A stretch of DNA of 63,214 nucleotides, the filler included, from Nemertoderma westbladi (taxonomy: Eukaryota; Animalia; Xenacoelomorpha): the NCBI GenBank assembly GCA_032718475.1. It is 3 parts of 3 records of this genome, joined end to end, with 100 filler letters (N's around TTAATTAATTAA, not from the genome) between each part and the next. Parts side by side here need not be neighbours in the genome. Positions count along the whole stretch, not along the records: positions 1 to 23,161 come from JAUCBJ010004988.1; positions 23,262 to 50,373 come from JAUCBJ010002955.1; 1 more part is not named here. One strand, 5' to 3'. Below are positions 11,728 through 24,674 of the stretch, piece by piece. How positions within the stretch are numbered: the stretch's first letter is position 1; the number at the start of each line of letters is the position of its first letter. The position numbers and the translations under genes are program-made. Under the pieces are notes generated by a model, which had not been told where the DNA came from, ran no database searches, and saw nothing but the letters and a program-made list of their open reading frames with translations.

Positions 11728-14700
11728 TTATATTGATATCGATGTTATATTGCTATCGATGTTATATTGCTATTGAAGTTATATTGATATCGATGTTATA
11801 TTGATATCGATATTATATTGCTATTGAAGTTATATTGATATCGATGTTATATTGATATCGATGTTATACTGATATCGATGTTATATTGATATCGATGTTA
11901 TATTGATATTGAAGTTATATTGATATCGATGTTATATTGATATCGATGTTATATTGATATCGATGTTATATTGATATCGATGTTATATTGATATCGATGT
12001 TATATTGATATCGATGTTATATTGATATCGATGTTATATTGATATCGATGTTATATTGATATCGATGTTATATTGATATCGATGTTATATTGATATCGAT
12101 GTTATATTGATATCGATGTTATATTGATATCGATGTTATATTGATATCGATGTTATATTGATATCGATGTTATATTGATATCGATGTTATATTGATATCG
12201 ATGTTATATTGATATCGATGTTATATTGATATCGATGTTATATTGATATCGATGTTATATTGCTATTGAAGTTATATTGATATCGATGTTATATTGATAT
12301 CGATGTTATATTGATATCGATGTTATATTGCTATTGAAGTTATATTGATATCGATGTTATATTGATATCGATGTTATATTGATATCGATGTTATATTGAT
12401 ATCGATGTTATATTGCTATTGAAGTTATATTGATATCGATCGATGTTATATTGATATCGATGTTATATTGATATCGATGTTATATTGATATCAATGTTAT
12501 ATTGCTATTGAAGTTATATTGATATCGATGTTATATTGATATCGATGTTATATTGATATCGATGTTATATTGCTATTGAAGTTATATTGATATCGATGTT
12601 ATATTGATATCGATGTTATATTGATATCGATGTTATATTGCTATTGAAGTTATATTGATATCGATCGATGTTATATTGATATCGATGTTATATTGCTATT
12701 GAAGTTATATTGATATCGATGTTATATTGATATCGATGTTATATTGATATCGATGTTATATTGATATCGATGTTATATTGCTATTGAAGTTATATTGATA
12801 TCGATGTTATATTGATATCGATGTTATATTGATATCGATGTTATATTGCTATTGAAGTTATATTGATATCGATCGATGTTATATTGATATCGATGTTATA
12901 TTGATATCGATGTTATATTGATATCGATGTTATATTGCTATTGAAGTTATATTGATATCGATGTTATATTGATATCGATGTTATATTGATATCGATGTTA
13001 TATTGCTATTGAAGTTATATTGATATCGATGTTATATTGATATCGATGTTATATTGATATCGATGTTATATTGATATCGATGTTATATTGATATCGATGT
13101 TATACTGATATCGATGTTATATTGATATCGATGTTATATTGATATTGAAGTTATATTGATATCGATGTTATATTGATATCGATGTTATATTGATATCGAT
13201 GTTATATTGATATCGATGTTATATTGATATCGATGTTATATTGATATCGATGTTATATTGATATCGATGTTATATTGATATCGATGTTATATTGATATCG
13301 ATGTTATATTGATATCGATGTTATATTGCTATTGAAGTTATATTGATATCGATGTTATATTGATATCGATGTTATATTGATATCGATGTTATATTGATAT
13401 CGATGTTATATTGATATCGATGTTATATTGATATCGATGTTATATTGCTATTGAAGTTATATTGATATCGATGTTATATTGATATCGATGTTATATTGAT
13501 ATCGATGTTATATTGATATCGATGTTATATTGATATCGATGTTATATTGATATCGATGTTATATTGATATCGATGTTATATTGATATCGATGTTATATTG
13601 ATATCGATGTTATATTGCTATTGAAGTTATATTGATATCGATGTTATATTGATATCGATGTTATATTGATATCGATGTTATATTGATATCGATGTTATAT
13701 TGCTATTGAAGTTATATTGATATCGATGTTATATTGATATCGATGTTATATTGATATCGATGTTATATTGCTATTGAAGTTATATTGATATCGATGTTAT
13801 ATTGATATCGATGTTATATTGATATCGATGTTATATTGATATCGATGTTATATAGATATCGATGTTATATTGCTATTGAAGTTATATTGATATCGATCGA
13901 TGTTATATTGATATCGATGTTATATTGATATCGATGTTATATTGATATCAATGTTATATTGCTATTGAAGTTATATTGATATCGATGTTATATTGATATC
14001 GATGTTATATTGATATCGATGTTATATTGATATCGATGTTATATTGCTATTGAAGTTATATTGATATCGATCGATGTTATATTGATATCGATGTTATATT
14101 GATATCGATGTTATATTGATATCAATGTTATATTGCTATTGAAGTTATATTGATATCGATGTTATATTGATATCGATGTTATATTGATATCGATGTTATA
14201 TTGCTATTGAAGTTATATTGATATCGATGTTATATTGATATCAATGTTATATTGATATCGATGTTATATTGCTATTGAAGTTATATTGATATCGATCGAT
14301 GTTATATTGATATCAATGTTATATTGATATCGATGTTATATTGCTATTGAAGTTATATTGATATCGATGTTATATTGATATCGATGTTATATTGATATCG
14401 ATGTTATATTGATATCGATGTTATATTGCTATTGAAGTTATATTGATATCGATGTTATATTGATATCGATGTTATATTGATATCGATGTTATATTGCTAT
14501 TGAAGTTATATTGATATCGATCGATGATATATTGATATCGATGTTATATTGATATCGATGTTATACTGATATCGATGTTATATTGATATCGATGTTATAT
14601 TGCTATTGAAGTTATATTGATATCGATGTTATATTGATATCGATGTTATATTGATATCGATGTTATATTGCTATTGAAGTTATATTGATATCGATGTTAT

Positions 14701-15127
14701 ATTGATATCGATGTTATATTGATATCGATGTTATATTGATATCGATGTTATATTGATATCGATGTTATATTGCTATTGAAGTTATATTGATATCGATGTT
14801 ATATTGATATCGATGTTATATTGATATCGATGTTATATTGATATCGATGTTATATTGATATCGATGTTATATTGCTATTGAAGTTATATTGATATCGATG
14901 TTATATTGATATCGATGTTATATTGATATCGATGTTATATTGATATCGATGTTATATTGATATCGATGTTATATTGCTATTGAAGTTATATTGATATCGA
15001 TGTTATATTGATATCGATGTTATATTGATATCGATGTTATATTGATATCGATGTTATATTGATATCGATGTTATATTGATATCGATGTTATATTGCTATT
15101 GAAGTTATATTGATATCGATGTTATAT
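11728..15127. repeat. 17-bp satellite, about 200 units
   Basis: Major unit TTATATTGATATCGATG, minor unit TTATATTGCTATTGAAG, with occasional ATCG duplications. Confidence 0.97.
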
Positions 15128-15239
15128 GGATATGGAATTTCTGTGAATAAATATATGATCCGCAAAATAAATTTTTATTTATTTTTATTTTTTGGGTTAG
15201 ACAAAGTGATATAGAATCTAAAGTAGGCCTAATAAATGG

Positions 15240-15460
15240 GAGATTCTTTTAGGCTCGTTAAGCCAAGGAATGCCTGTTCACCACCATGAGTGATCTTCCA
15301 CAGTAAACCCGTCCACTATGTTTCCCAAGTTGCTTTGGTTCCTATTTACGGACCACTGAAGGATGAAAGCCGGGGTTGGGCACGGCTGCTGCATTTAAAG
15401 CACTGCGCCCAAACAGTGCTGCCCCTCTAGGGATCGAACCAGGGCTTGCTAACGTAGTGT
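15240..15460 (-). mobile_element. tRNA-derived SINE
   Basis: Minus strand has B-box GGTTCGATCC, then CGGCTTTCATCCTTCAGTGGTCCGTAAATAGGAACC (same core type as 11405-11512). Confidence 0.55.
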
Positions 15461-16594
15461 AGTTCGGATTGATTACGAATAACTTTTTAGTTTCATGCCA
15501 TCGAATCGACCAAGGCCTATCATTAAATTGATGGCCCAACGAACTGAAACCACGGCGTATCTTGGAGTTGTGGAATTTAGTGTTGGTTCATAATTCGGAT
15601 ACTAGCGAGTGTAGTGAGGATCGAAATTCTAAAAGCCACTGGGCATCACCCACTAACACCTCCACCGTCACAACCCCCCCCCCCCCCCCCCCCCCCCAGA
15701 AAAAAAATAATTGACGGATAAAAATGAAAATGTAAATCAAGTTTGCCAAATTGAAAACAACATTTTATCAATCTTCCTCATCATCATGAATTTAATTATT
15801 TTAGTGTCAAAAGACGCGCAAGACTATCCGCTTTCAATTGATATGCCGGTATGCCACGTGTGAAGAGATTTAATATGTATTTGAATGGATCGAAAATCAC
15901 TACCAATAGAAACCAAGATAAGAAATTAACGGAACACTTTATAGTGACGTTAAATCTGTAGTCGTACAGACTTCCCGCGCTTATTTAACCCGCCATTTCG
16001 ACCGTTTCCTTGTGTTTTTATTACAACAAACACACCCCGCCACTCTATTCAGGGCACCTTGTTACCCATTCGATTGTTTCTAACCCAATAATTTTTTCGC
16101 GCACCAACCATATTTAGCAACTTCGAGAAAATACGAATGAAGCACTTTTTACTATTTTTCATTGATAAAAATTTATCTATTCTGTCTGAATGCATTGGCG
16201 GCTTGGTAGGCTACATTTGAAATACTGACATTACCAACGAATGCATAACTCAATATACGAGGGCAGAATATCTGAATTTTGATCAATATATATGAGTTAC
16301 ACGGTGTTCTTTCTTTCCGACTCGTTTTTTTATCGTTTAAAGAGTATTAATTAGAGAGCAAAATAGTATTTCCGGTATTTATTGATTGAATATATAATTA
16401 AACAGTACTTTCGATAAACAATTATTTGAGAAATTGAAGCTAAAAATTAATTTTATATAAAATTGTTTGTCGTTAAAACATAAATGTGAAGGGTTTTTAA
16501 TCTAATAAAGTGGAAAAGAGGATATGTATTTAAGTATAATATTAAATAAGTAATAATCCACCTTTATACTATAAAAAATGTAATAAAATAAATA

Positions 16595-16756
16595 ACCCAG
16601 CACCGATACACTATAAAAATGTAATTATTTAATATAATAAATATCCCACCACCGATACACTATAAAAATGTAATTATTTAATATAATAAATATCCCACCA
16701 CCGATACACTATAAAAATGTAATTATTTAATATAATAAATATCCCACCACCGATAT
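16595..16756. repeat. Tandem repeat of about 50 bp, 3 copies
   Basis: CCCACCACCGATACACTATAAAAATGTAATTATTTAATAT... repeated. Confidence 0.85.
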
Positions 16757-18198
16757 AACATCAACATTTTAATTGTGGGACTGTTATCGTTCTGTACATG
16801 TCTACTGTAATACGATATATGAGGATTGATGCTACGCTACCGGTAGGCCTAAAGGTTTATGAAACAACAGTTTCTCGTAGTCGCCCTTCACTTCTAAACT
16901 TTGGTTCACCACTTTATTGGTATCACAAATAGATTCCGCTTCAGATCTGTCATATTGTAAGTTGATTCACAACAGAGCTGCGTAACCCCATCAAACTGCT
17001 AATAATCAAATCGGCAACACAAACAGTAGTATAAACGTTTTCAGTTTTTATGGAGTGTGGCTCCTTTCATTAGTACCAGTACCGGTACGGTACTTTAGTA
17101 GGCCTAGCCGTAACTAATGTAGGAGGACTTTAATTCGGAGGACGCCAGGCCATCACAATGCAAATGTTTACCACCCTCTAACTCAGCTATACTGTATATA
17201 AGTATCATATATAACGTGTAAATGTAAAGTTACCAATAAAGTTACCAATAAATCATCTACTAATACTTTATTATTATTAAATTTAAACGTAATAAATAAT
17301 ACCACTCCCCCCATTGGAGGGCCCCTTTATAATAGTCTTGCGGTGGCGCCTAGCAGGCTGGCTGAGATAATAATGCAGCAATGCAGTTGCTTTACTTCTT
17401 ATGGGAGGGAGTGGAGCATTGTTGATTGATCATTGGCTGGCTACAATGCGTTGCGTATTGCTTAAATAAAGAAGCCCTGTCAATCCATTCTATAATCATG
17501 GTAGGACGTAGATGCGTACATACCATTACCATACAATGCGTATTAATTGTGTAGGGGTGTGGGAGCGAGTAACAATACTCTCTGACCCGTGATTGGCTCT
17601 ACTCATGCTAATAATGAACTCATCATCAGCAGTGACAATGGTTTGCTTGAGTATAGGACAAGTAAGCTTATATGGTGGCCCACAAGTAAAGTCATACAAC
17701 ACGATCGTGGGGACTTCGCGCAACACAAGACCTCATACGTACAATTTTTGGTGTAATTTCATCTGCAATTGCCCGACTTTATTTCGATTTTTATAAAAAG
17801 TCTGAAACCTACGGTACCAACTGACAGCTTAGTTTTGACCAAACTTCAGAAACCTTTCAAACTTTTGATGAACTGCATACGTACAAGTTTGGTTTAATTC
17901 ATCATTTGATTGAGCGACTTATTTCTGTTTTTATTAAATGAATCCCCCATCTTAATCTGAACCCAATCTCAACCCAAAGAAAGGCGCACAGAGGATTGAT
18001 GAAAGAAAGGTACCAACAGAAAATTTGTGTTTTAAAATAAATATGTTTTAGGCGTGGAGGCGACCCAGTACAACAGTATGTAAGACAAGACATTAAATAT
18101 GTACCTTATGCCAGCCAATCATTTTGCAAAATAACAATAAGCAAACTGTCTTATTAGTCTGGCTCATGCAATTACCCAATGCTCGAGTAGTATAGGCC

Positions 18199-18620
18199 TA
18201 CACCATGTCCTGGTATATAGTGTCGTTATTCAGGTACCTGCTCCCCCACCACAACCCCCCCCCCCCCCCCCCCCCCTCTCCAAATTTTTCTACAAATCGT
18301 AATGAGATTGCATGAAATTTGAAACAGAGTTAGTTTCACCTCCCTCCTCATTACTGGGTGAGCCAGAATTTTTATTTTCACTTTCATTCTTTAGCTACAA
18401 GCGTTTAAAAAAAGTGTCTCCAGCGATATTACACCAGTTACACCGCAGTTATTCTTCTACCTTATAGCTGTTTGTTGGTACCCTGGAAAGCTGGCCATGC
18501 AAGGATTCCAAATATGTAACACAATTTGAATTTTCGTTGAAAAACAGCTGATATAATATAATAAGGGCGTTCAATTGTTGCATGGTTATGCATCTGCGCG
18601 AGGCTATTTTATTATATTTA
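18199..18620 (+). mobile_element. Dispersed non-autonomous DNA transposon family (TACACCATG end), copy 1
   Basis: The block CTTTCATTCTTTAGCTACAAGCGTTT...GAAAGCTGGCCATGCAAGGATTCCAAATATGTA recurs at about 53290-53560 (+), 54640-56420 (-) and in diverged form at 28190-28760. Confidence 0.75.
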
Positions 18621-19036
18621 ATTAATTGTCTCCGTTGATATTGCACCACCTACAGCTTTATGTGTCAGCTGCATTGTATCGGCTGAACGCGTTGGTCCCT
18701 TCTGACCTGACACTACAGCTGAACAGTCACCACGTCACCTCCTGTTAGGCCTATGTCTGTATGTTATAGCCTACTGTGACGTCAACTACAAGTCAGCCAC
18801 CCTATACGGTTACATTAAATTGTAACTTTATAATCCAGTTAAGAATGTTTTCTGCAGCATTTACCCATCGGCACTATTCAACGTTTTGGCATGTCAACAA
18901 AATATTTTCTACAGTAAATGAAGACCCCCCGTGATATGAAAACGTTTCCTATAAAAACATCCACCTGTCAATTAAATTATATTATATTTTCCGTTCATCC
19001 ATTGAAAAATACTGATGTGTGGCTTTAAAGACTTGA

Positions 19037-20086
19037 GGGTATAACTTTTCGCCGTATCCGTATCCGTATGCATTTGCTGTATCCGTATGCACATACGCGT
19101 ATGTGCGTATGTAATGGATTATTCCTATGGAGAATATACCGTATGTGATTTTAATGTGATTTATTTCGGACCAGTAAGAAGTTCATAATACAAATGCAGA
19201 CTGAAGACAAGTAGGCCTACTTAAAAGCGATATGATTTTTAAAGAGTGTGGCTGCCGCTACCTAATGGCAAATAAACATTGTAGGTCCAGGATAAGTGGC
19301 AGATGATGTCCTTCAGTCCCGGGATGCGCCACAGCGCTTGTTTTATTGTACTAACTGACACCTAGACGCCCGGTTGGACTTAGATTAATGCACCCGGTTG
19401 CACTCGCTGACACGTGGTTTGACTAACTGGCACTAGGTTAGGTCTTGTTGGCACTTGGCTGCATAGGGCCTGCTATGGTTAACTAAATCGTAAGTACTGG
19501 CCCCGAAACAGCGAAAGTAAAGGTATATTATATGTTAATCATTTCACAAAGAAGGACAGACCGGCACGACGGTTTTCAATATCTTTGCGAATGTTTATTC
19601 CCTTAGCATTCTCATTGCTGCTTCTATCAGTCTATACTATGTTAGTGCCATATACTGTAGCAAGCAACAACATTCTATAGCCAGGTTGGTGGAAAAACAG
19701 TTCAAAAATAAATCACGGTTGGTTAGTTTTCCAAGCGGCGTCAAGAATAGTTAACTGGTTAATAGGTACTGCACTGCTGGCGCATCCCGGGGCTGGCGGA
19801 CACCGGCTGTCACTCATCCTGGACCTCTCCTGCATTGTTTATTTGCCATAAGGTAGCGGCAGCCACACTCTGACACTCTTTAAATCACTTAGCTTTTAGT
19901 AGGCCTACCTGTCTTCAGTCTGCATCCGTGCTGTGCACTTCTTACTGGTCCGCAATGCCTAATCTCTAAAATCACATACGGATTATTCTCCATAGGAATC
20001 CATTACATACGCACATACGCGTATGTACATAAGGATACGGCAAATGCATACCGATGCGGATACGAATACGGCGAAAAGTTATACCC
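19037..20086. mobile_element. Foldback element with about 300-bp imperfect inverted arms
   Basis: Termini GGGTATAACTTTTCGCCGTAT / ATACGGCGAAAAGTTATACCC; arms can be followed inward to about 19330 and 19775. No clear TSD. Confidence 0.85.
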
Positions 20087-20302
20087 ACAATCCTACACTT
20101 TCGGCATAGCATCCGCCAATCACAACACATGTTATATTTATGTATTACCAAATATTATAAAAGATAACTTTGTTAAACAGAGAGGGGGATTTTTGTTATG
20201 ATGATTGTTTAGTTTTTGCATTGCTGGTCTTACTTGGATTTGGGTGGGGGTACAGGGGTAGTGTTTGATTATACTGTTATAATAGACAGCATGATCAATT
20301 AT

Positions 20303-21111
20303 CGGAAGCACGACAATTCGGTCCCGGACAATTCGGTCCCGGACAATTCGGTCCCGGACAATGCGGTCCCGAACAATTCGGTCCCGGACAATTCGGTCCC
20401 ATTAATTTTGTGTTTTGGGACCGAATTGTCCGGATACTGACTAGGAAAATTCGGTCCCGAAACATGCATATTAATGCGCCCATGTGAAGAATACCAGGAT
20501 TTCACTTTTCGGTCGACTTTTTATTGGAATTTTATATATGAAGATTTTTTATTTTTTTTAATTTAACTTTATTAAGTGTTTTATAGCGCTTATTTCTGTC
20601 TTATAACCTGTATATGTACTAATTCGTTTATTGTTGTGGTTAGATTACGCCCTTCTGTAACCTGTGTTTTTGGTGAAAACCTGGTATTCTTCACTTTGGG
20701 GGTAACTGCAAGGTGAAATATAACGGCAGAAAGTCTGGTATTCTTCACATGGGCCTATTAATGGGACCGAATTGTCCGGAACCAAATTGTCCGGGACCGA
20801 ATTGTCCGGGACCGAATTGTCCGGGATCGAATTGTCCGGGACCAAATTTAATTGGTACTAATGTACTATATAATGGGGAATGTTCTAGAACCTTAAAATA
20901 TATTATTATATGGTAGCTAGTGTTTTTTTACTAGCTAGTATTTTTTTGAAAATAAAAAAATCGGTCCCGGACAATTCGGTCCCATTTATTTAGTGTTTTG
21001 GGACCGAATTGTCCGGGACCGAATTGTCCGTGACCGAATTGTCCGGGTCCGAATTGTCCGGACCGAATTGTCCGGACCGAATTGTCCGGGACCGAATTGT
21101 CCTATACATCC
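20303..21111. mobile_element. MITE-like element made of inverted arrays of a 15-bp unit
   Basis: (GGACAATTCGGTCCC)n at 20310-20400 and 20960-20983; reverse-complement arrays at 20763-20845 and 21000-21102. Confidence 0.8.
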
Positions 21112-21658
21112 TCAATTATCAAGTTTATATCTTATTATACGTCCATATTATATTATACTTTATCGTCACATTGACTGAAACGATATTATTTTAACCCAGT
21201 TTCCTCCTGATCTCTGCAGCATATAGAATTCCCCTACAAAACTCTTCTTTGCAATCTCCTCAATTTATTGACACATACTGTATCTTTTATTATCGCACTT
21301 CGATTGCTGGATTAACTCCCATTCAGCCATTGGCGAACTACTGTACGCGCGTGACGGCGTTTATCTGTTTATTGAGTGGGCTTTTTGGTAGGTTGAATGG
21401 ATGAAGACAAAACTCTCCCGTTCTTGGCAGACTCAACTCCGTCCTTGACCCGCTCACGTCAGTATGCAGTATACTGCTTAGGGTACCGGTACCGGTACCA
21501 CTTTCAGACTTTCGCTGTCGCACTGTCTGATTCTGATACCGGACTACTGTCTGACTGTACTACAGATCTGCAGATACAGAGATAGGACTCTAACGGTACT
21601 GTAGTGCAGTAGTGTACCAGTCTGCAAGCTGCAACAGGCTTAATCTGTTAATTTAACA

Positions 21659-21819
21659 ATGGACATGGAAAATAAGATTTATGCGGGTAATCTTCCTCCA
21701 GATATTAGAGATTCTGATGTGAAAGATATATTCTACAAATATGGCTCACTGGCCAAAATCGAGTTAAAAACACCATCGAAAGGACCACCATTTGCTTTTG
21801 TTGAATTTGAAAATAAAAG
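21659..21819 (+). CDS. SRSF1: SR splicing factor SRSF1/SRSF9-like, first coding exon (RRM1)
   Basis: [53 protein letters not shown], then a phase-2 GT donor at 21820. RNP2 and RNP1 match SRSF1 ([11 protein letters not shown]...PPFAFVEF). The rest of the gene is lost at the gap. Not in the ORF track. Confidence 0.88.
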
Positions 21820-22154
21820 GTAGGTCAGACTGTCAGATATCCTAGTTGGTTTGACAGTTTTGTGGGGGGCTGGGGTGTGGGGGGGGGGGGGGGGGGGGTA
21901 GGCCTATCGCTGTATCGGTCAGTCGGTAGGCGGTAGGCCTATCTTGTATCTATCCATAGACTGATAGACCCTACAGCCCTAGGGCGTTGTCCTACAGGCA
22001 GACAGGCCTATCCGCATCGCATCAGCCTACCTGGCCTAGGCCAGTACACTGGTACAGCATGGCGACAGCCAGACAGCATGATGCGATGGTGGATGGCAGG
22101 GACGATACCTTCCGTTCCTTACCGTACAGCCGTATTCTCCCTCTCCCCTCTACC

Positions 22155-23161
22155 CAGGGCTGGCAAACTAGGTTTTTGTAAACCTAGGTTTTTGTCGATT
22201 TTTGTCAAAAACCTAAAATTTTAAAAAAGCCTAAAACTAGGTTTTTTGGTTTTTGATCACCAAAAAGAGCCAAATTGCTAGTTTTTTAAAATTTCTGATG
22301 TCAAAAATATTTTGGTTTCATGCATAAAACCCACAGACTAAAGTCTTTTGAGTTCAGGAGTTTCTGTCTTTAACTACGGTAGGCCGACAATAAAACCTCA
22401 CTGCTGGCAGCTGGAATGACTAACATTACCTTCCCTTTTTAAAACAAAAATCAAATCGATTATTTTAATATATTGTAGCTAGTGTTTTTATAAAATACCA
22501 CAAAATATTATTTTTTTGATGCCATTTCAGATGTCATTAAACCAACGCATAATGCTTAGCCTTTGCAATAAACAATGCAGCAATGGGCCTTGTTTTGCGT
22601 CGCAGATCCATCTTTTGAAATAAACGGCGAAGTGAAAATAGTTGAAATATCATATCATTCCATACACATGCAAAGTTTACTGAAAAGTAGTCGTAGCTTC
22701 TGGAAGGAATAGGCCTATAGGCCTATTGTATATATTTCCCAAAATTGTGAAAAAATAGAAAATTAAAAAATGTAAAATAAAGTTATAGTTCAACTAAATT
22801 CTGATTAATGCTGATTGTATTGAGATGGCAGCTGAATATATTTTTACTGCGTCATCAATTACAGGGATTATCTTGAAAGGAATCACTGAATGGGGTTCCA
22901 ACATCTTGTATTCCCGTATACGTCTTATTAACCTTTCCACATGGACTAACTATCAAAGCTGCAGTATTTGGAATTCAATAATTTAACTTGTATAAAAATA
23001 ATTGCATTCGAAAAAGTGCGAATCCACAATCTAATCCAAAGTAATCTAAGTTTTGAAGCTTAATAAAACATCAATAAGCTTCTGGATTTCTACCACCTGG
23101 CAATTTTAACTACAAAATATATTTTATTTTTATAGCTAACAACTGTATAGTTTGGGATAAA
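22155..23161. mobile_element. Probable hAT-like element end, truncated by the gap
   Basis: Starts CAGGGCTGGC with subterminal AAACCTA/TAGGTTT repeats; no partner TIR visible. Confidence 0.35.
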
Positions 23162-23261
23162 NNNNNNNNNNNNNNNNNNNNNNNNNNNNNNNNNNNNNNN
23201 NNNNNTTAATTAATTAANNNNNNNNNNNNNNNNNNNNNNNNNNNNNNNNNNNNNNNNNNNN
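23162..23261. other. Artificial contig spacer
   Basis: 100 nt of N with a central TTAATTAATTAA, which gives stops in all six frames. Confidence 0.97.
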
Positions 23262-23664
23262 AAATATAGTGGGTGGGCCGAATCGCCCCCCCCCCCCCCC
23301 CCCCCCCCCCCAGTGGTGCTAATGGTCAAAAACACACCAGTGGTAATAGGGTTAAGGGCGAAGCTTTCTCGCGGGCGAAGTTTGCTGCCTACCTTCTGAA
23401 TGGGAATGGGCTGAAAAGGAATAATTATGTGAAATTAATAATAACAGTCTCACTTGATACCAGACATACGGCAAGGTTTATTGTGTGAATGAAATACCGG
23501 TACACGATTTACGTTAATTATTGACAGCATGATGTTTTTTATACAACATGTGTTTCCTATCGCATGGGGTCTTCAGGTATGGGATAAAATATTTTGTTGA
23601 CGTGTGAAAGTCATTTAGTGAGATAAACATACAGAGAGAAACCTGAGTTCCTAAGTCGGCCACT

Positions 23665-23835
23665 ATATCGGCACCTCTGTCGGCCTCGACACCTGTGTCG
23701 GAACCTCAATGGTTTCAGCACCTGTGTTGGCACCTCTGTCGGCCTCGGCACCTGTGTCGGCACCTCTGTCGGCACCTTTCTTGGCACCTCTGTCGGTACC
23801 TCTGTCGGCACCTGTGTCGTCACATTTGTCGGTAC
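23665..23835. repeat. 12-bp tandem repeat
   Basis: (GGCACCTCTGTC)n with variants. Confidence 0.8.
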
Positions 23836-24004
23836 AGCGTCTACGCCCAATTAATTTAAACTTTGTGACCATTTAATAAAATAAAGTGGGCGGACATTTA
23901 TAATTTAAAGCAGCCACTGTATGATTTATTGGCACTTAGTTTGAGGAACCGGGGCCGTTAGTGTCCCACCCTCCACCTACCGGTATTCCTTATCCCACAT
24001 ATAG

Positions 24005-24339
24005 GTCGGCGGCTACGAACCCAACCCGGTCTTCTGGGAGAAAGTCGTCGAGGATTTCGCCTTCAGTCTGTTCGACCTCGACTGGGATGTGTTCTCGTTC
24101 CACATCGGGGGTTCTGTGAACCGCGTCCCGGTGCTGGAACGCACCGGGGTGCGGTCCACGGTGTGCGGACCTGAGTCCTTCACCGCCGACCACAAACCGC
24201 TGATGGGGGAATCCCCGGAGCTGCGGGGGTTCTACCTCGGCTGCGGGTTCAACTCGAGCGGGTTGATGTTGGGGGGAGGTTGCGGACAGCAGTTGGCGCA
24301 GTGGTGCGTGCGCGGCAGACCCGAGATGGATATGTACGG
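24005..24339 (+). CDS. SARDH: Sarcosine dehydrogenase, internal exon
   Basis: TAG|GTC acceptor and GG|GTGAGT donor. [27 protein letters not shown]...[19 protein letters not shown]...[16 protein letters not shown] matches SARDH. Confidence 0.93.
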
Positions 24340-24674
24340 GTGAGTCGCGACCACACTAGGTTACTACTAGGGGAGGGGGCGAGTTGGAATCACTTGTGGA
24401 ATTTGTTTTATCACGCAATGTTAAATTAAAGTGAACTGTATTATGGTGGTCAGCAGAACTGGCGGTAATTGTAAAACAAGGGTTCAATCCCCGTCGATGG
24501 CTTTCAATTTTCTTTCCATCGCTGCAATTGTTAACCCCACTGTCAAAGCCATATTTAAATGAACTACACAAATATAAACAATCTGAGAATTGTGGGTCGA
24601 GTTCTCTGTAAATATAATTATTGTATGCCTTAATGTGTCTTACCTGGTACTTTAATGTTTGCTTTCCCTTACAG

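Noticed and set aside
17400-17800. Short ORFs in a moderately GC-rich patch
   Set aside because: No recognisable motif or convincing splice sites on either strand.
19198-19230. Hammerhead ribozyme (CTGAAGA plus a short stem)
   Set aside because: The required GAAA is absent (TAAAA in both arms) and no stem I/III with a cleavage triplet could be built.
20216-21194. PNCPG / DNSVP repeat peptides
   Set aside because: Translations of the 15-bp MITE unit.
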